Both the position numbers and the translations under genes were made by a program. From Octopus sinensis (lineage: Eukaryota): a stretch of DNA of 64,000 bases. The first letter of the stretch is position 1; the number at the start of each line of letters is the position of its first letter. The stretch is taken from positions 18,724,001 to 18,788,000 of the forward strand of contig NC_043006.1 in the NCBI RefSeq assembly GCF_006345805.1. The letters are read 5' to 3'. Of this stretch, positions 12,923-26,007 are shown one piece after another. Under the pieces are notes generated by a model. It did not search any database. It saw only the letters and a list, made by a program, of their open reading frames with translations, and was not told the origin of the DNA.

Positions 12923-14214
12923 GTTATAAGTTACAGCTACAATATCCTTAACTGGACACGAAATGAACTGTCCAAAATAGATAGGAAAACAAGAAAAATA
13001 CTGACAGGATCTAGGATACATCACCCAAAATCTGACATAGAAAGACTATATATACAACGTATAGAAGGTGGTAGAGGCCTTATACAGCTGGAAAACTACT
13101 ATAAAATAACCACCATAGGACTACAAAAATACCTACTTCAGAAGGAAGGAAAACTGATCCAGATAGCAGCAAAACACGAGCAAAACAAAAAACTGTTCTC
13201 AGTATTTAAGGAAGCTGACAAATACAAACAAGAAATCATACCACCTAATAAACACAAAGAAGAAGAAGAAGATGATGAAGAAACAACAAAAGCTATAAAA
13301 CAAATGAAATCCAAACTAAAAATAGAACAGCAACGAGCCATGATAAAACGATGGCAAGAAAAACCCCTTCATGGTAAATACTGCACTAAACTAAACGCAA
13401 AAGAAATAGACAAAGAAAAATCCCAGCAATGGTTGAGAAGCTCAGGTCTCAAAGCAGAAACAGAGGGATTTTTAATTGTAGCACAAGACCAAAGCCTCCC
13501 CACCAGAAATTACCAAAAACATGTAATGAAAAGAAATATTACAAGTAACTGCAGAATATGTGGAGATGGACAAGAAACAATAAATCATATTATCTCTAGC
13601 TGCCCAGTCCTGGCTAAGAAGGAATATATTCACAGACATGACAGAGTTGGAACCTACATACATTGGAAGCTATGCCAACATTATGGAATAACAACAGAAA
13701 AAAGATGGTATAGGCACACACCAGAAAAGGTCACAGAAAACGAGAAAGCAACCATACTCTGGGATATGCCGATACACACAGATAGAGAAATTAAGGCCAA
13801 CAGACCAGATATAGTTGTCAGAGATCATGAAGAAAAAAAAATGCTTTCTAATTGATGTATCAATACCAGCAGATGACAACGTGTCTCTAAAAGAAATGGA
13901 GAAACTCTCAAAATACAAAGACCTGGAAATAGAGGTAACTAGAATGTGGAATCTGAAAACAGAAACAATTCCTATCATAGTAGGTGCATTAGGCATGATA
14001 AAAAAATATTCAGACAAATACATAACAAAAACACCAGGACTTACAAACACATATAACATACAGAAAATTGCACTACTAGGCACTGCACACATCCTACGCA
14101 GAACACTTTCCATACAATAACCATCAGAGCATCACAACAAATCACAGCGCATACCCAAGGCACACAGAGCTGCGCTCGGTAGTGAAGTGAAAGCACGCTA
14201 TAAAAATAAAACTA

Positions 14215-14217
<3 letters not shown>
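12923..14217 (+). mobile_element. R4/Dong-like LINE, young 5'-truncated copy (subfamily B)
   Basis: Frame open from about 12929 through ORF 13304..13855. CCHC knuckle CRICGDGQETINHIISSC, REL motif RPDIVVRD..FLIDVSIP..KLSKY, one frameshift at a 9-A run (13833-13841), then a 3' UTR and (AAT)n tail. Confidence 0.95.
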
Positions 14218-14299
<82 letters not shown>

Positions 14300-15073
14300 C
14301 CGATCATTATCATGGTGTTAAAGGGGCCATTACAAAGACAAGTGATATATACTGTGGGTATTTATATGCAGATAAAGAAACATTAATCATATGAAAATAT
14401 ATATTATAGCTAAGTTCATAATCTATTTATATGTATGAGTGTACTGAAAAATCGTTCTAGTAATGTCTCTTAAACATAATATACTCAGCTTAAATTAACC
14501 TCCAGTCATTTCTACTGTCTGGGATATTGAAAACAGAAACACATTTTCTTTTATTTTTTACATAAACACGACAACGAAATATTAAAAACAAAATTCATAA
14601 CTGAGGCGCAATTCACGAGAATATATGAGAAATAAAGAATGGGATGAAAATAAAACAACAAAATGTCTGAGAAATACCTCTACAAGTAAAAAGTAGTACG
14701 AAAATCGAGGTGAAAATAGAAATAGGCGCTGGAAGACAAAATATAGAAAAAAATGTTAAACAGAGATGGACAGGGATATATGAATAGAAGGGTTTGGATA
14801 AAGCAGACGACAGTAGCCTACATAGTCTAACTTGGTGTAGGAACCATAAGTATATTTATATTCGTTACATAAGTATATATACATACATACATACATACCT
14901 ACATACATACATACATACAAAGATACATACATAAAAACACACACAACACACACACATATATATATATATCACCGTGATCACCGTGACCGACCAGGTTATC
15001 AGATATTGCTACACATCGCTGGTCACAATGCGCTTCGCATTGTTTTTAGCCTGAAATGACGCCACCCCGCTGG

Positions 15074-15242
<169 letters not shown>

Positions 15243-15333
15243 GGAGAGTTTACAAAAAAAAAACAAAAGACAAAGACAAGTGGTGTACAAAGCAAACAGA
15301 TGTATTAGTATAAGGCTCAGGAATAGAAAAGGT

Positions 15334-15369
15334 CTTTTACGTTTCGAGCCTACGCTCTTCTACAGAAAG
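15334..15369 (-). ncRNA. Candidate minimal hammerhead ribozyme with variant core (CUGUAGA)
   Basis: Minus strand: CUUU-CUGUAGA-A-GAGC-GUAG-GCUC-GAAA-CG-U-A-AAAG. Confidence 0.45.
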
Positions 15370-15442
15370 GGACACAGAAAAAACAAGGAGAGAAAAAAAT
15401 GTGTGTAGTGACTAACGATGTATCATGGCGACTATATATATA

Positions 15443-15481
<39 letters not shown>

Positions 15482-15878
15482 AGCAGTTATAGATTTTAGC
15501 AGCAGTAGCATGACGTAATAGTCGTGTCGGTTGTCTATTGTTTATAAATGTCTTACGCTTTCTCAGTTGTCAATTTTACTGTTCATACACCGATTCTAGT
15601 CTCGGTGGAGATGTTCTTTTTAACGGAGAAAGGCGTCTAGAATCGGGTTTACGGAAGTTATCTAAACCAAGATTTTTGGGAAACTATTTAGTGAGACTTA
15701 GTTGTCACACGGGACCTTGTCACTCACTTCTGCATTGCTATTTGCATTGTTCATTCTTCATGAACTTATGTCATGCTATTCTCAGCCTGTTAGTGTAATT
15801 TAAAGAAGTAGCTAAGTAAATTTATTCTGTCATCATTCTCGCGACAGATGCCTTTTTAAAATGTTTACTTCATATATA

Positions 15879-16903
15879 ACTAGCAGTATCGCCCGGCGTT
15901 GCTCGGGTTTGTAAGGGAAATAACTATATAAGCATTTTTAGAGAGTTACTTCCCTTATAGATGCCAATTCGGGCTTTCTTAGCCATTTCTGTTTTGGTGT
16001 CTTCAAGCCATGAAGTCGTTGTTCTAGAAGAACGCTGGTCTCCTTGACAACGCTTTACGACGTTGATTTCCTTACACTCCCTTCCCCACAGCTTCATGAG
16101 GGAGGGAAGAAGGGGGAGAAGCAAACAGGTGCAGGTGTGACCATGGACGCCAACTCCGCCGCCATCGACACACGAAAAATTATGCATTAAAATGGAATAA
16201 AAAAATGATGTTAAATTATTTTTAAAATCGTAGACTCATTGTAGACGCCCTTAATAGTCAGACGGGCTCGATATGAATCACGACTATAAGATACCCGGCT
16301 TTGGTTAAACTGCACCGCAAAATGTGGGAGTAGTTAGGAATCTAAATCGAAGGGGACAGACACTCACACAACTACAGTTTTATATATATATAGATACTAG
16401 CAGTATCGCCCAGCGTTGCTCGGGTTTGTAAGGGAAATAACTATATAAGCATTTTTAGAGAGTTACTTCCCTTATAAATTCGGGCTTTCTTAGCCATTTT
16501 TGTTTTGGTGTCTTCAAGCCATGAAGTCGTTGTTCTAAAAGAACGCTGGTTTCCTTCACAACGCATTACGACGTTGATTTCTTTACACTCCCTTCCCCAC
16601 AGCTTCACGAGGGAGGGAAGGGGGAGAAGCAAACAGGTGCAGCTGTGACCATGGACGCCAACTCCGCCGCCATCGACACACGATGCATTTTATGCATTAA
16701 AATGGAATAAAAAATGATGTTAAATTATTTTTAAAATCGTAGACTCATCGTTGACGCGCGCTAATAGTCAGACGGGCTCGATATGAATCACGACTATAAG
16801 ATACCCGAATTTGGTTAAACTGCACCGCAAAATGTGGGAGGAGTTAGGAATCTAAATCGAAGGGGACAGACACTCACACAACTAGAGTTTTATATATATA
16901 GAT
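15879..16903 (+). mobile_element. Head-to-tail dimer of a non-autonomous Helitron/Helentron-type element (15879-16395, 16396-16903)
   Basis: Each unit starts ACTAG with subterminal hairpin CCCG-GCGTTGCT-CGGG (one mismatch in copy 2) and ends ACAGACACTCACACAACTA..TTTTATATATATAGAT. No spacer at the junction. Confidence 0.7.
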
Positions 16904-17094
16904 GTAATACAATTTTTCATCATGAATATCCCAGAAAACGAGTTCCAAGAATGCTTCCATCAATGGAAACAGCACTGGATTAAGTGCGTGACTTCCGAAG
17001 GCGACTACTGTGAAGCAGATTAAATGGCAAATCGGTACGTTTTGTAGGTTTGATTTTTATAGCATCAGTCAAGATAGTTATTCATGAGACCTTG
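16904..17094 (+). mobile_element. Mariner 3' remnant
   Basis: Encodes IPENEFQECFHQWKQHWIKCVTSEGDYCEAD*, typical of a mariner transposase C-terminus; followed by a TIR-like end and TA. Confidence 0.75.
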
Positions 17095-17392
17095 TACCTA
17101 TGTATGTATGTGCATAAATATATAAATATACATACATACATATATATATATATGTACACACACAAACACATACACACGTGCGCACGCACACACACGCCGC
17201 ACACACATATATGTATGTGCATATAATAAAGAACAGAAATGGGGTTTAAAATATACGACAGCTGTTTCGATAGAATTTTATTGAGGTATTCATATATTAC
17301 ATCACAGTATATAATCCACCATCAGGTATAAACAGGTATATTAATACCTTGATGGTGAAGAATCCAACCAACATAGTGGATTTAAACAAATA

Positions 17393-17626
17393 TATTTCTT
17401 TACTACCCACAAGGGGCTAAACGCAGAGGGGATAAACAAGGACAGACAAACGGATTAAGTCGATTACATCGACCCCAGTTTCGTAACTGGTACTTAATTT
17501 ATCGACCCCGAAATGATGAAAGGCAAAGTCGAGTTCGGCGGAATTTCAACTCAGAACGTAACGGCAGACGAAATACGGCTACGCATTTCGCCCGGTGTGC
17601 TAACGTTTCTGCCAGCTCGCCGCCTT
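17393..17626 (-). mobile_element. tRNA-derived SINE (about 235-bp family)
   Basis: Reverse complement of the unit arrayed at 32261-33693. Confidence 0.9.
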
Positions 17627-18010
17627 CTCGCCGGATTTCAACAAATAGTCTTCGAATTTATAGAGAAATTAAAAGTGGCTATAACGGGAATGAGATAAAT
17701 CAATACGTTAAACAGTTTAAAAACAGTTGTCTGAATTAAGTTTATAAGCAAAAATTACGCATGAGGACGCGCAAGAAACACAACAGGTTTTAGTGAAGAT
17801 ATGTCCTTTGGGTTATTAAAACCAGGAAGATGTCTTGACAGTTAAATGAGATATAACAATGGAAAACTCAGCGCAGCAGGAAGTAATAAAACTGTCATCG
17901 TCTTTTCACGCACCTAAACAAACATATATACAGACGCACACACATTCATACACACACATACAGACGCACACACGTATATATATACACACATACCATATGC
18001 ACAGGCACAA

Positions 18011-18056
<46 letters not shown>

Positions 18057-18057
18057 G

Positions 18058-18724
18058 AAGTAGTTGTATATTGGCAACTTAATGTGACAGTCCCATGAAG
18101 GGAATCATACTACTATATTAACCCTGCACACATATACATCTATACAATCGCATATCCTGTTTCGTATACATTCGATCCTTCTTCCAAGAAATCTAATGCT
18201 CGTAGCTTAGTTTTTCCTTGGGGCTGGCCGGATCGGAGCGATCTCAAGATTAATCAGCCGAAATTGCGAAGATGACCCGGTTCTTGACTGAAGATTGAAG
18301 GCTTCGAATGTCCCGTCCGTGTTTCTTGTATCGTCTTCTAAATGTTTCACGTTCTTGTCCCAGTTTGTATTTTTTTACATTTACATATATATATATATAT
18401 ATAAAGTAGTTGTATATTGGCAACTTAATGTGACAGCCCCATGAAGGGAATCATACTACTATATTAACCCTGCACACATATATATCTATACAATCGCATA
18501 TCCTGTTTCGTATACATTCGATCCTTCTTCCAAGAAATCTAATGCTCGTAGCTTAGTTTTTCCTTGGGGCTGGCCGGATCGGAGCGATCTCAAGATTAAT
18601 CAGCCGAAATTGCGAAGATGATCCGGTTCTTGACTGAAGATTGAAGGCTTCGAATGTCCCGTCCGTGTTTTTTGTATCGTCTTCTAAATGTCTCACGTTC
18701 TTGTCCCAGTTTGTATTCTTTTAC

Positions 18725-18780
<56 letters not shown>
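18058..18780. repeat. Two tandem units (first period 346 bp) that begin with the end of the adjacent palindrome
   Basis: AAGTAGTTGTATATTGGCAAC starts at 18058, 18404 and 18784. Confidence 0.9.
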
Positions 18781-18783
<3 letters not shown>

Positions 18784-19138
18784 AAGTAGTTGTATATTGG
18801 CAACTTAATGTGACAGTCCCATGAAGGGAATCATACTACTGCTATTAAGCCCGAGGAAGCAGCAACGCTTCCTGTCAGCCTTGACACATTTCCACTTTTC
18901 CTGTGCCCTTATGTTTGCAAAGGGGAGATAAGACTGATGACGAGCAAAGACTCAGAAACTAGTCTGTGGTTTCAGTCTTAGCTGGGTGGAGGTGCTTATC
19001 TCCCCCTTGCAAATATAAGGACACAGGAAATGTGTTAAGGCCGACAGGAAGCGTGGCTGCTTCCTAGGGCTAAATAGCAGTAGTATTATTCCCTTCATGG
19101 GACTGTCACATTAAGTTGACAGTATACAACTACTTTAT
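18781..19138. repeat. MITE-like fold-back element with about 150-bp imperfect arms and a 62-nt loop
   Basis: 18781-18932 is the reverse complement of 18995-19138, with scattered mismatches and an 8-bp indel. Confidence 0.85.
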
Positions 19139-19180
19139 CGTACCACTACTGCATAAATCTCTCTGAGATATTTAGAAATG

Positions 19181-19248
<68 letters not shown>

Positions 19249-19252
19249 ATCA

Positions 19253-19390
19253 CCACCCCCTGCGGGAGCCTCGTGGGGCTTTTAGGTGTTTTCGCTCAAT
19301 AAACACACACAACGCTCGGTCTGGGAATCGAAACCGCGATCCTGCGACCGCGAGTCCGCTGCCCTAAACACTAGGCCATTCCGCCTCCAC
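19253..19390 (-). mobile_element. 5' part of the about 385-bp tRNA-derived SINE family
   Basis: Reverse complement of the head of 34643-35029. Confidence 0.85.
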
Positions 19391-19440
19391 ACACACACAC
19401 ACACACACACAGACACATATATATAATATACATATATATA

Positions 19441-19497
<57 letters not shown>

Positions 19498-20575
19498 ATA
19501 TAATATATATATATATACATATATATATATAAACATATACACATACATTAGTTTCGAGCATATGAGGCATGTTCCATAGGTACGAAACTCTGTGAGATGC
19601 AGAGCTGAGTCAAACTGTTATTTATTACATATAATCTCAAGCTAGTAGAATCATTTTTACGCTGGATGAAATACTTAGCGTCATTTCTTCCGTTCATAAT
19701 TTCTGAGTTCAAATTCCACCGAAGTCGACTTTGCCTTTCATCGCCCCGGAGTCGATAAAGTAAATACCATTCGAACACTGGAGTCGATGTAATCGACTTC
19801 CCCTTCCACCTTAGAAGATACCTAGAAATGTCTGGGACATGATGGGATGTAGGCAGAACGGAATCCATTTTTAAACGAACATCATGTACATAGTGTGCTA
19901 ACGGGAAACTTTATACAGCTATACAGCGCTCACTTCAAGAGCCATTAAGTTAAAACAGGAGACTAATCATTACGGTAGTCTGCTGTGCGGAAAATAAAAT
20001 CACATACATTGAAATATTTCAACGAATATTGCCAGTAATTGTTTAAATTAGCGAGAAGAGTTATTCAAAATTTTGTTGTAAGCCAGACGCACTTAAATGA
20101 TTTACATAAAACTTAAAGGGAAACAGAAGTATTTTACTTTTTATTCTACTTTTATTTTGCAGCAGCACAGTGATCTCATTTCGAATAGCTAATGGAAGTA
20201 TATAAGAAATGATTTCATTTCTTGTCGCATTTAAATCCCACAAAATACAACAATAAAATATATAAAAAGAAATGAAATTAAAAATAAAATACGAAAATAT
20301 TGCATATTTATAGTTTCTTCATAGAAGAAAAATTTAACCTTTTTCTAACAGGCTTTTTTTCTAGTGTTTGTGTTCATGAATTGCTGTTAAAAATAAATCA
20401 AACATCAAAAATACACAGGTGCACACATAACTACATATCTGCATACATTAATATAGAACTTAATGCGTAAAACGTATATATATATATATATATATATACA
20501 AAGTTTGATCTTAGGTTGATGAATTTTAATGTGGGACTCGTCATTTGAAGGAGAATAAAATGATTTTCTAAAAAT

Positions 20576-20660
20576 TTATGTTTTAAGAATATTCTCTACT
20601 TCATTATGTTTTAAGAATATTCTCTACTTCATTATGTTTTAAGAATATTCTACGACTTCA
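20576..20660. repeat. 28-bp minisatellite, 3 copies
   Basis: TTATGTTTTAAGAATATTCTCTACTTCA twice exactly, then a diverged third copy. Confidence 0.9.
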
Positions 20661-20817
20661 TTATATGTTAAAAGAACATAAAATTAACTCATTTTCAGAA
20701 TAACGAGTATAAAATTATTTTCCCCCAAAATAAAATATATGTCCGACTAAAATTATATTTTAGGGCGTATAGATATTTGTAAATAATAATGATAATAATA
20801 ATAATAATAAAAATAAA

Positions 20818-20855
<38 letters not shown>

Positions 20856-20857
20856 TA

Positions 20858-20908
<51 letters not shown>

Positions 20909-20942
20909 TTATTATTATTATTATTATTTGTATTATTATTAT

Positions 20943-23370
20943 TCAGCAGTCTTATTTTGCTCCCGTGCTTTCACTGCGTTACTGAGCGCAGCTCTGTGTG
21001 CCTTGGGTATGTGGTTCGTTATGATCTTATTTTTACTTTTTTACTTTATTGAAAGTGCTTTACGTAGGATGTGTGCGGTGCCCAGTAGTGCTATTTTCTT
21101 TATCTTTTATATACTTGTTGTCCTGGTGTTTTTGTTATGTATTTTTCTGAATATTTTTTTATCATATCTAATGTGCCTACTATGATAGGAATTGTTTCTG
21201 CTTTTAGATTCCACATTCGAGTTACCTATATTTACAGGTCTTTGTATTTTGAAAGTTGCTCCGTTTCTTTTAGAGAAACATTGTCATCTTTTGGTACTGA
21301 TACATCGATTAGAAAGCATTCTTTTTCTTGGTTTATCTCTGATAACTATATCCGGCCTATTGGCCTTAATTCTCTATCTATGTGCATTAGCATATCCCAT
21401 AGTATGAATGCTTTCTCGTTTTCTGTAACCTTTTCTGGCGTATGCCTATACCATCTTTTTTCTCTTGTTACTCCATAGTGTTGGCATAGCTTCCAGTTGA
21501 TATAGGTCCCAACACTGTCGTGTTTGTGAATGCATTCCTCCTTAGCCAAGACTGGGAAGCCAGAGACAATATGGTTTATTGTTTCTCGTCCATCTCCACA
21601 TATTCTGCAGTTACTTGTGTTTCTTTTCATTGCGTATTTTGGTAATTTCTGGTGGGAAGACTTTGGTCATGTGCAGCAATTAAAAATCTTTTAGTCTCTG
21701 CTTTGAGTCTTGAGCTTCCCAGCCATTGTTGAGATTTGCTTTTTCTATTTCCTTTGCGTTTAGTTTAACCCAGTATTTGCCACGAAGGGGCTTTTCTTGC
21801 CATCGTTTTATGATGATCGTTAATGTTTCAGGTTCAGTTTCGATTTCTGTTGTTTTACAACTTTTGTCGTTTCTGCATTTTCTTCATAGTTGTTAGGCCC
21901 TATGACTTCTTTTTTGTATTTGTCAGTTTCCTTAAAGACGGAGATAGTATTTTTTGCTTTGTTCGTGTTTTGTGGCTATTTGTATTATTTTTTCCCTGCT
22001 TTGAAGTAGGTATGTCTGTAGTCGTATGGTAGCTATTTTGTAATAGCTTCCCAGCTGTATAAGGCTTCTACCACCTTCGATAAGTTGTATATATAATCAT
22101 TCGATGTCAGATTTTGGGTGGTGCATCCTAAATCCTGTCATTACTTTTCTTATTTTCCTGTCTATTTTGATCAGTTCATTTCGTGTCCAGTTAAGAATAT
22201 TGTAACTATAAATTATATTTGGGATGGCTAGAGTGTTGTTACCCATTATCTTGTTTTTCGCATTGAGCTCTGTTTTAAGTATTAATCTAACTCGTCTATA
22301 ATATCCTTTTCTTATCTTCTCTTTCATTTGTGTGTTGTATCGTATCTAGTTCATTGATTCCTAAGTGTTTGTATGTCTGGCTTTGGTCTAGTTCTCTTAT
22401 TTCATTTGCTTTATCTAATTTGATGTTGCTACTCTTAATTAGTTTTCCTCTTTTCAAGGTTGTTTTGACACATTTTTCTAAGCCAAATTTCATGCTCATT
22501 TCTTTGGTAAATCCATGTATTGCCTGTAGTAATATTTCCAGCTGTTTATCATTTGTAGCGTATAGTTTTAGATAATCCGTATACAAGAGATGACTGACTG
22601 TTTTGCCGTAACAGTTGTACCCACTTCCAGTTCTGTTTAACATGTCAGATAAAGATGTCAGTGCCAAGCAGAAAGGTAACGGGGAGAATGGGTTATCCTG
22701 GAATATTCCTCTTCTAATGGGAGTGGCTTTGGTTTTTATGTCTCTTTTTGTCTGGAGATGTAGCAGTATCTGCCATTTATTCAAAAAATGTTTTATGTAT
22801 TTTATGATTATTGGTGCTGCCTTGTTTGTGGCTAGTATTTCTAGGATCCATGTGTGGGGAACACTATCTCTTTCTTTACTACCCACAAGGGGCTCAACAC
22901 AGAGAGGACAAACAATGACAGACAAACAGATTAAGTCGATTATATCGACCCCAGTACGTAACTGGTACTTATTTAATCGACCCCGAAAGGATGAAAGGCA
23001 AAGTCGACCTCGGCGGAATTTGAACTCAGAACGTAACGGCAGACGAAATACCGATAAGCATTTCGCCCGGCGTGCTAACGATTCTGCCAGCTCACCGCCT
23101 TGTGGGGAACACTATCAAATGCCTTTCGATAATCGATCCAGGCTATACTTAGGCCCTTTCTGCGGCTTCTTCAGCTATGGCTTTATTGATCATTAACTGA
23201 TCTTTACAGCCCCTTCTGCACTTCTGGACACAGGTTGTTTTCTTCTAGATGCATGCTCATTGTCTGCAATATTATTGCAGTATAGGCTTTCCAAATCTTA
23301 GGGATACAAGTTATCGGTCTGTCATTTTGTGGGTTAGCCGTTTCAGTGGATTTGGGAATTAGGATATATG
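20943..23370 (-). mobile_element. R4/Dong-like LINE (subfamily B), older and longer copy
   Basis: RT motifs (ILIPK..NDRPITCIP, GIFQDNPFSPLPFCLAL, LLYTDYLKLYA; ORFs 23204..23434 and 22296..22925), CCHC knuckle (21346..21630), and a 3' UTR matching 14120-14217 that ends at an (ATT)n tract. Confidence 0.92.
22869..23100 (-). mobile_element. tRNA-derived SINE nested in the LINE RT
   Basis: Exact 16-bp TSD TGTGGGGAACACTATC at 22853-22868 and 23101-23116. Confidence 0.92.
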
Positions 23371-23989
23371 CGTATATATCATATATACATATATACATGC
23401 ATATATAAACACACACACACATATGTACACACATAAGCCACAGTATTATATTTAAAAGTATTAGAGTTTAAAAAGCCATCTATATATCATACACAATTTA
23501 GATACATCGTGAAAGGCAAATTAGCTGCGGTATTCAATTAGGGGTAGTATTCCGTACAGATACACTGAACTTAAAAACACAAAGCTATATCAATATCATC
23601 CTAAAATCGTACGGATGTCGTGGAGACACTTGTGAGGTGGAACAAAACAACGAAATCGTTCTGCCCATATCGCATTCACGAGTAGCATTTCATCTCATAA
23701 TAAACATCCAAATATCGCCAAGCACGAATATTAAAAAAAATATTTAGTAGGAAATTTCATAGCGACTTTAAATAATAGATACTACAGGAAAACTTTTAGT
23801 TGAAACACCTACGTACGGTCAGAAGTTACGGAAGGCCTGCCCTCTGCAGAAATAAGGTATCATAAGGTAACAGTTTCTCTCTCTTTCTTTCTCCCTCTCT
23901 CACTCTCCCCCTCTCCCATCAAACATGCACCGTCCTAGAATAGGTAGGCTGAATACACGTAGTCTAAGATAACATAAGAAGTAGAGTCG

Positions 23990-25460
23990 CCTACTACGTT
24001 GGGAAAAAGATCGATTTATCTCCAAGGCGACTTGAATCGAGTGTAGAACTACTGTGTTGTATCGGAATTACCTTCTTGGACACAAATAGTAGTATTTGAT
24101 GTGCTGCACAATGGCGAATAAGTGTCTGGTAGAGGCACAATGTGGAAACAAAGCTACAATTTATTATCTGACGAGAATATGCTACTGGACCACAAGCAGA
24201 AGTGTACGGATTATCAATAGGAAGACGATCGACAGTTCAGAAGGAATGAGGCCGTGGGAATGCAGGATGAATTTTAGAGCCTAATTCGACGGCCTTGACA
24301 AGACTCTCGGCAAAATCGGTGGTATGCTACGAAAAGCAATAAAGGTCGCGAAAATGGTAAATTATTATAGAAAGAAAACAAACAGAAATATCCTTTGCAC
24401 GGATGAAGATCACCTGGTTTCTATAGTCTACCCTAAGAGGATTACTTTTATATACCATCTCTACTGCAGCTGACAGAAGAACGGAACAATCTGTGTGTCA
24501 AGGGGTGTTAGTACTGCGAAGAAAGGCTCCAAACAGGAGACCAAATAGTTATATTTTCAGACCATAATTCTGTTAAAGCAGATTCCGAAATCTTAGCTGT
24601 TAGCAATGAAATTGGTGCTTGTCGGAGATAGTCTAATTGGTGATGTGCATGTTTGCGCACCAATGAAACCCTCTACTTCATGCAATACATTGTAAATAGT
24701 GGATAGAGAACATGGTTAGAGCGGTATCTAATCAACTGAAATCAGTCAAAAGCTTTCGATATGATCGAAAATTAGTACATCGAAGCTGTAATCATAAGCA
24801 TCGGATTCAGTCCAGTCCTTCGCATTCGGATTGCTGCATTGTTTAGCGAAATCTGCTCGATGGTTAGGGTAAATTGTCAACTCTCATGTGCTCAACTCAT
24901 CAAGGTTGTCCCCTCTCGTCTCTTCTTTATGTATTGCCTCACACTCATTTTTGCAGAAAGTACAAACGTTGAGGGTCTTCCTGCGTGAACCAGGGCGGTA
25001 TACGCAGACGGCATCACGTCATAATACCGGACACCAGGACACAGCGACGATAAGTACAACTCAAAGGGACTAGAAAGTGGTAACTTGAACAAAAATATTT
25101 GAAGAAAAGTCAGTTGGATTGTAACTGGCTCTTATAGGTCTATCTTCTCAATGAGTGTCATCTGGAGTAGGATAGGTGGATCAATTAAACCACTTGGGGT
25201 CTGGTTTGAAGCTGGTATCCAAGTGGAGACGAACTGCAAAGAGGTGACAAGCAAGGTGATCAATATTGAGATTGATCACAAATGGGTCGAGAGTAAGCTC
25301 CCTTTTAAGCTCTTATACTTTCAGTGGAAAGGACGCATTCCACAGGCTAGATGCATCATTTGTTATAAATACTTGCTTAATCTAGGTCAGATTATGCCAT
25401 GGATGAGGATGCGCAGAAATGCGCTAAGGCGGCAACATTTTAAGTTAAGATTAATGTTAA
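23990..25460 (+). mobile_element. Highly degenerate L1/Tx1-like LINE RT fragment
   Basis: Recognisable KAFD, QGCPLSSLLYVL and YADGIT remnants near 24750-25025; similar to the copy at 40650-42611. Confidence 0.7.
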
Positions 25461-25471
25461 GGAACAGAAAA

Positions 25472-25607
25472 GCAAATCCATGGTATTGAGCAGAATATTT
25501 GCTGTAGCCCATCTTTTATACCAAGACAAAACAATGTACATGATAACACTTCCAATCAGTTAAGACCCAAAGCCATGAAGGCCACTGCTTGGTACTGCAC
25601 AGGGCAT
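25472..25607 (-). mobile_element. 5' fragment of the 554-bp (AAT)n-associated element
   Basis: Reverse complement of about 12277-12415. Confidence 0.85.
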
Positions 25608-25637
25608 TTTATCGTCATCATCATCATCATCATCATC

Positions 25638-25673
<36 letters not shown>

Positions 25674-25675
<2 letters not shown>

Positions 25676-25943
25676 GTTTCTTCCTTCTTTCTTCAAGTTT
25701 TCTTCCATTTCTCGCCGAGTGTTTTCCATACACCTAGGGCAGAGAAGGGCATTGTATGCATTCCCAGATTATTACACGCGCAAATTCACAGATAAAATAT
25801 GTATTTAAAAATTAATAAATAAATAAATTCATGGATGGATGTTATTTTCACAGCGATAGTGCTCTTCTCAGTGCATGAGCCGTTCCAGTTAATACGATTT
25901 TTTGCACTTCCTGTAGGGATGGTAAACCTGGAATAGGTTTCAG
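25674..25943 (-). mobile_element. 3' end of an R4/Dong-like LINE (subfamily C)
   Basis: Encodes SLQEVQKIVLTGTAHALRRALSL*; nearly the same as 36079-36350; microsatellites on both sides. Confidence 0.85.
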
Positions 25944-25989
<46 letters not shown>

Positions 25990-26007
25990 GTCATCATTAT
26001 TGTTATT

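Noticed and set aside
18285-18315. Hammerhead-like CTGAAGA...CGAATGTC in the tandem units
   Set aside because: Lacks GAAA, and stem I cannot be paired.
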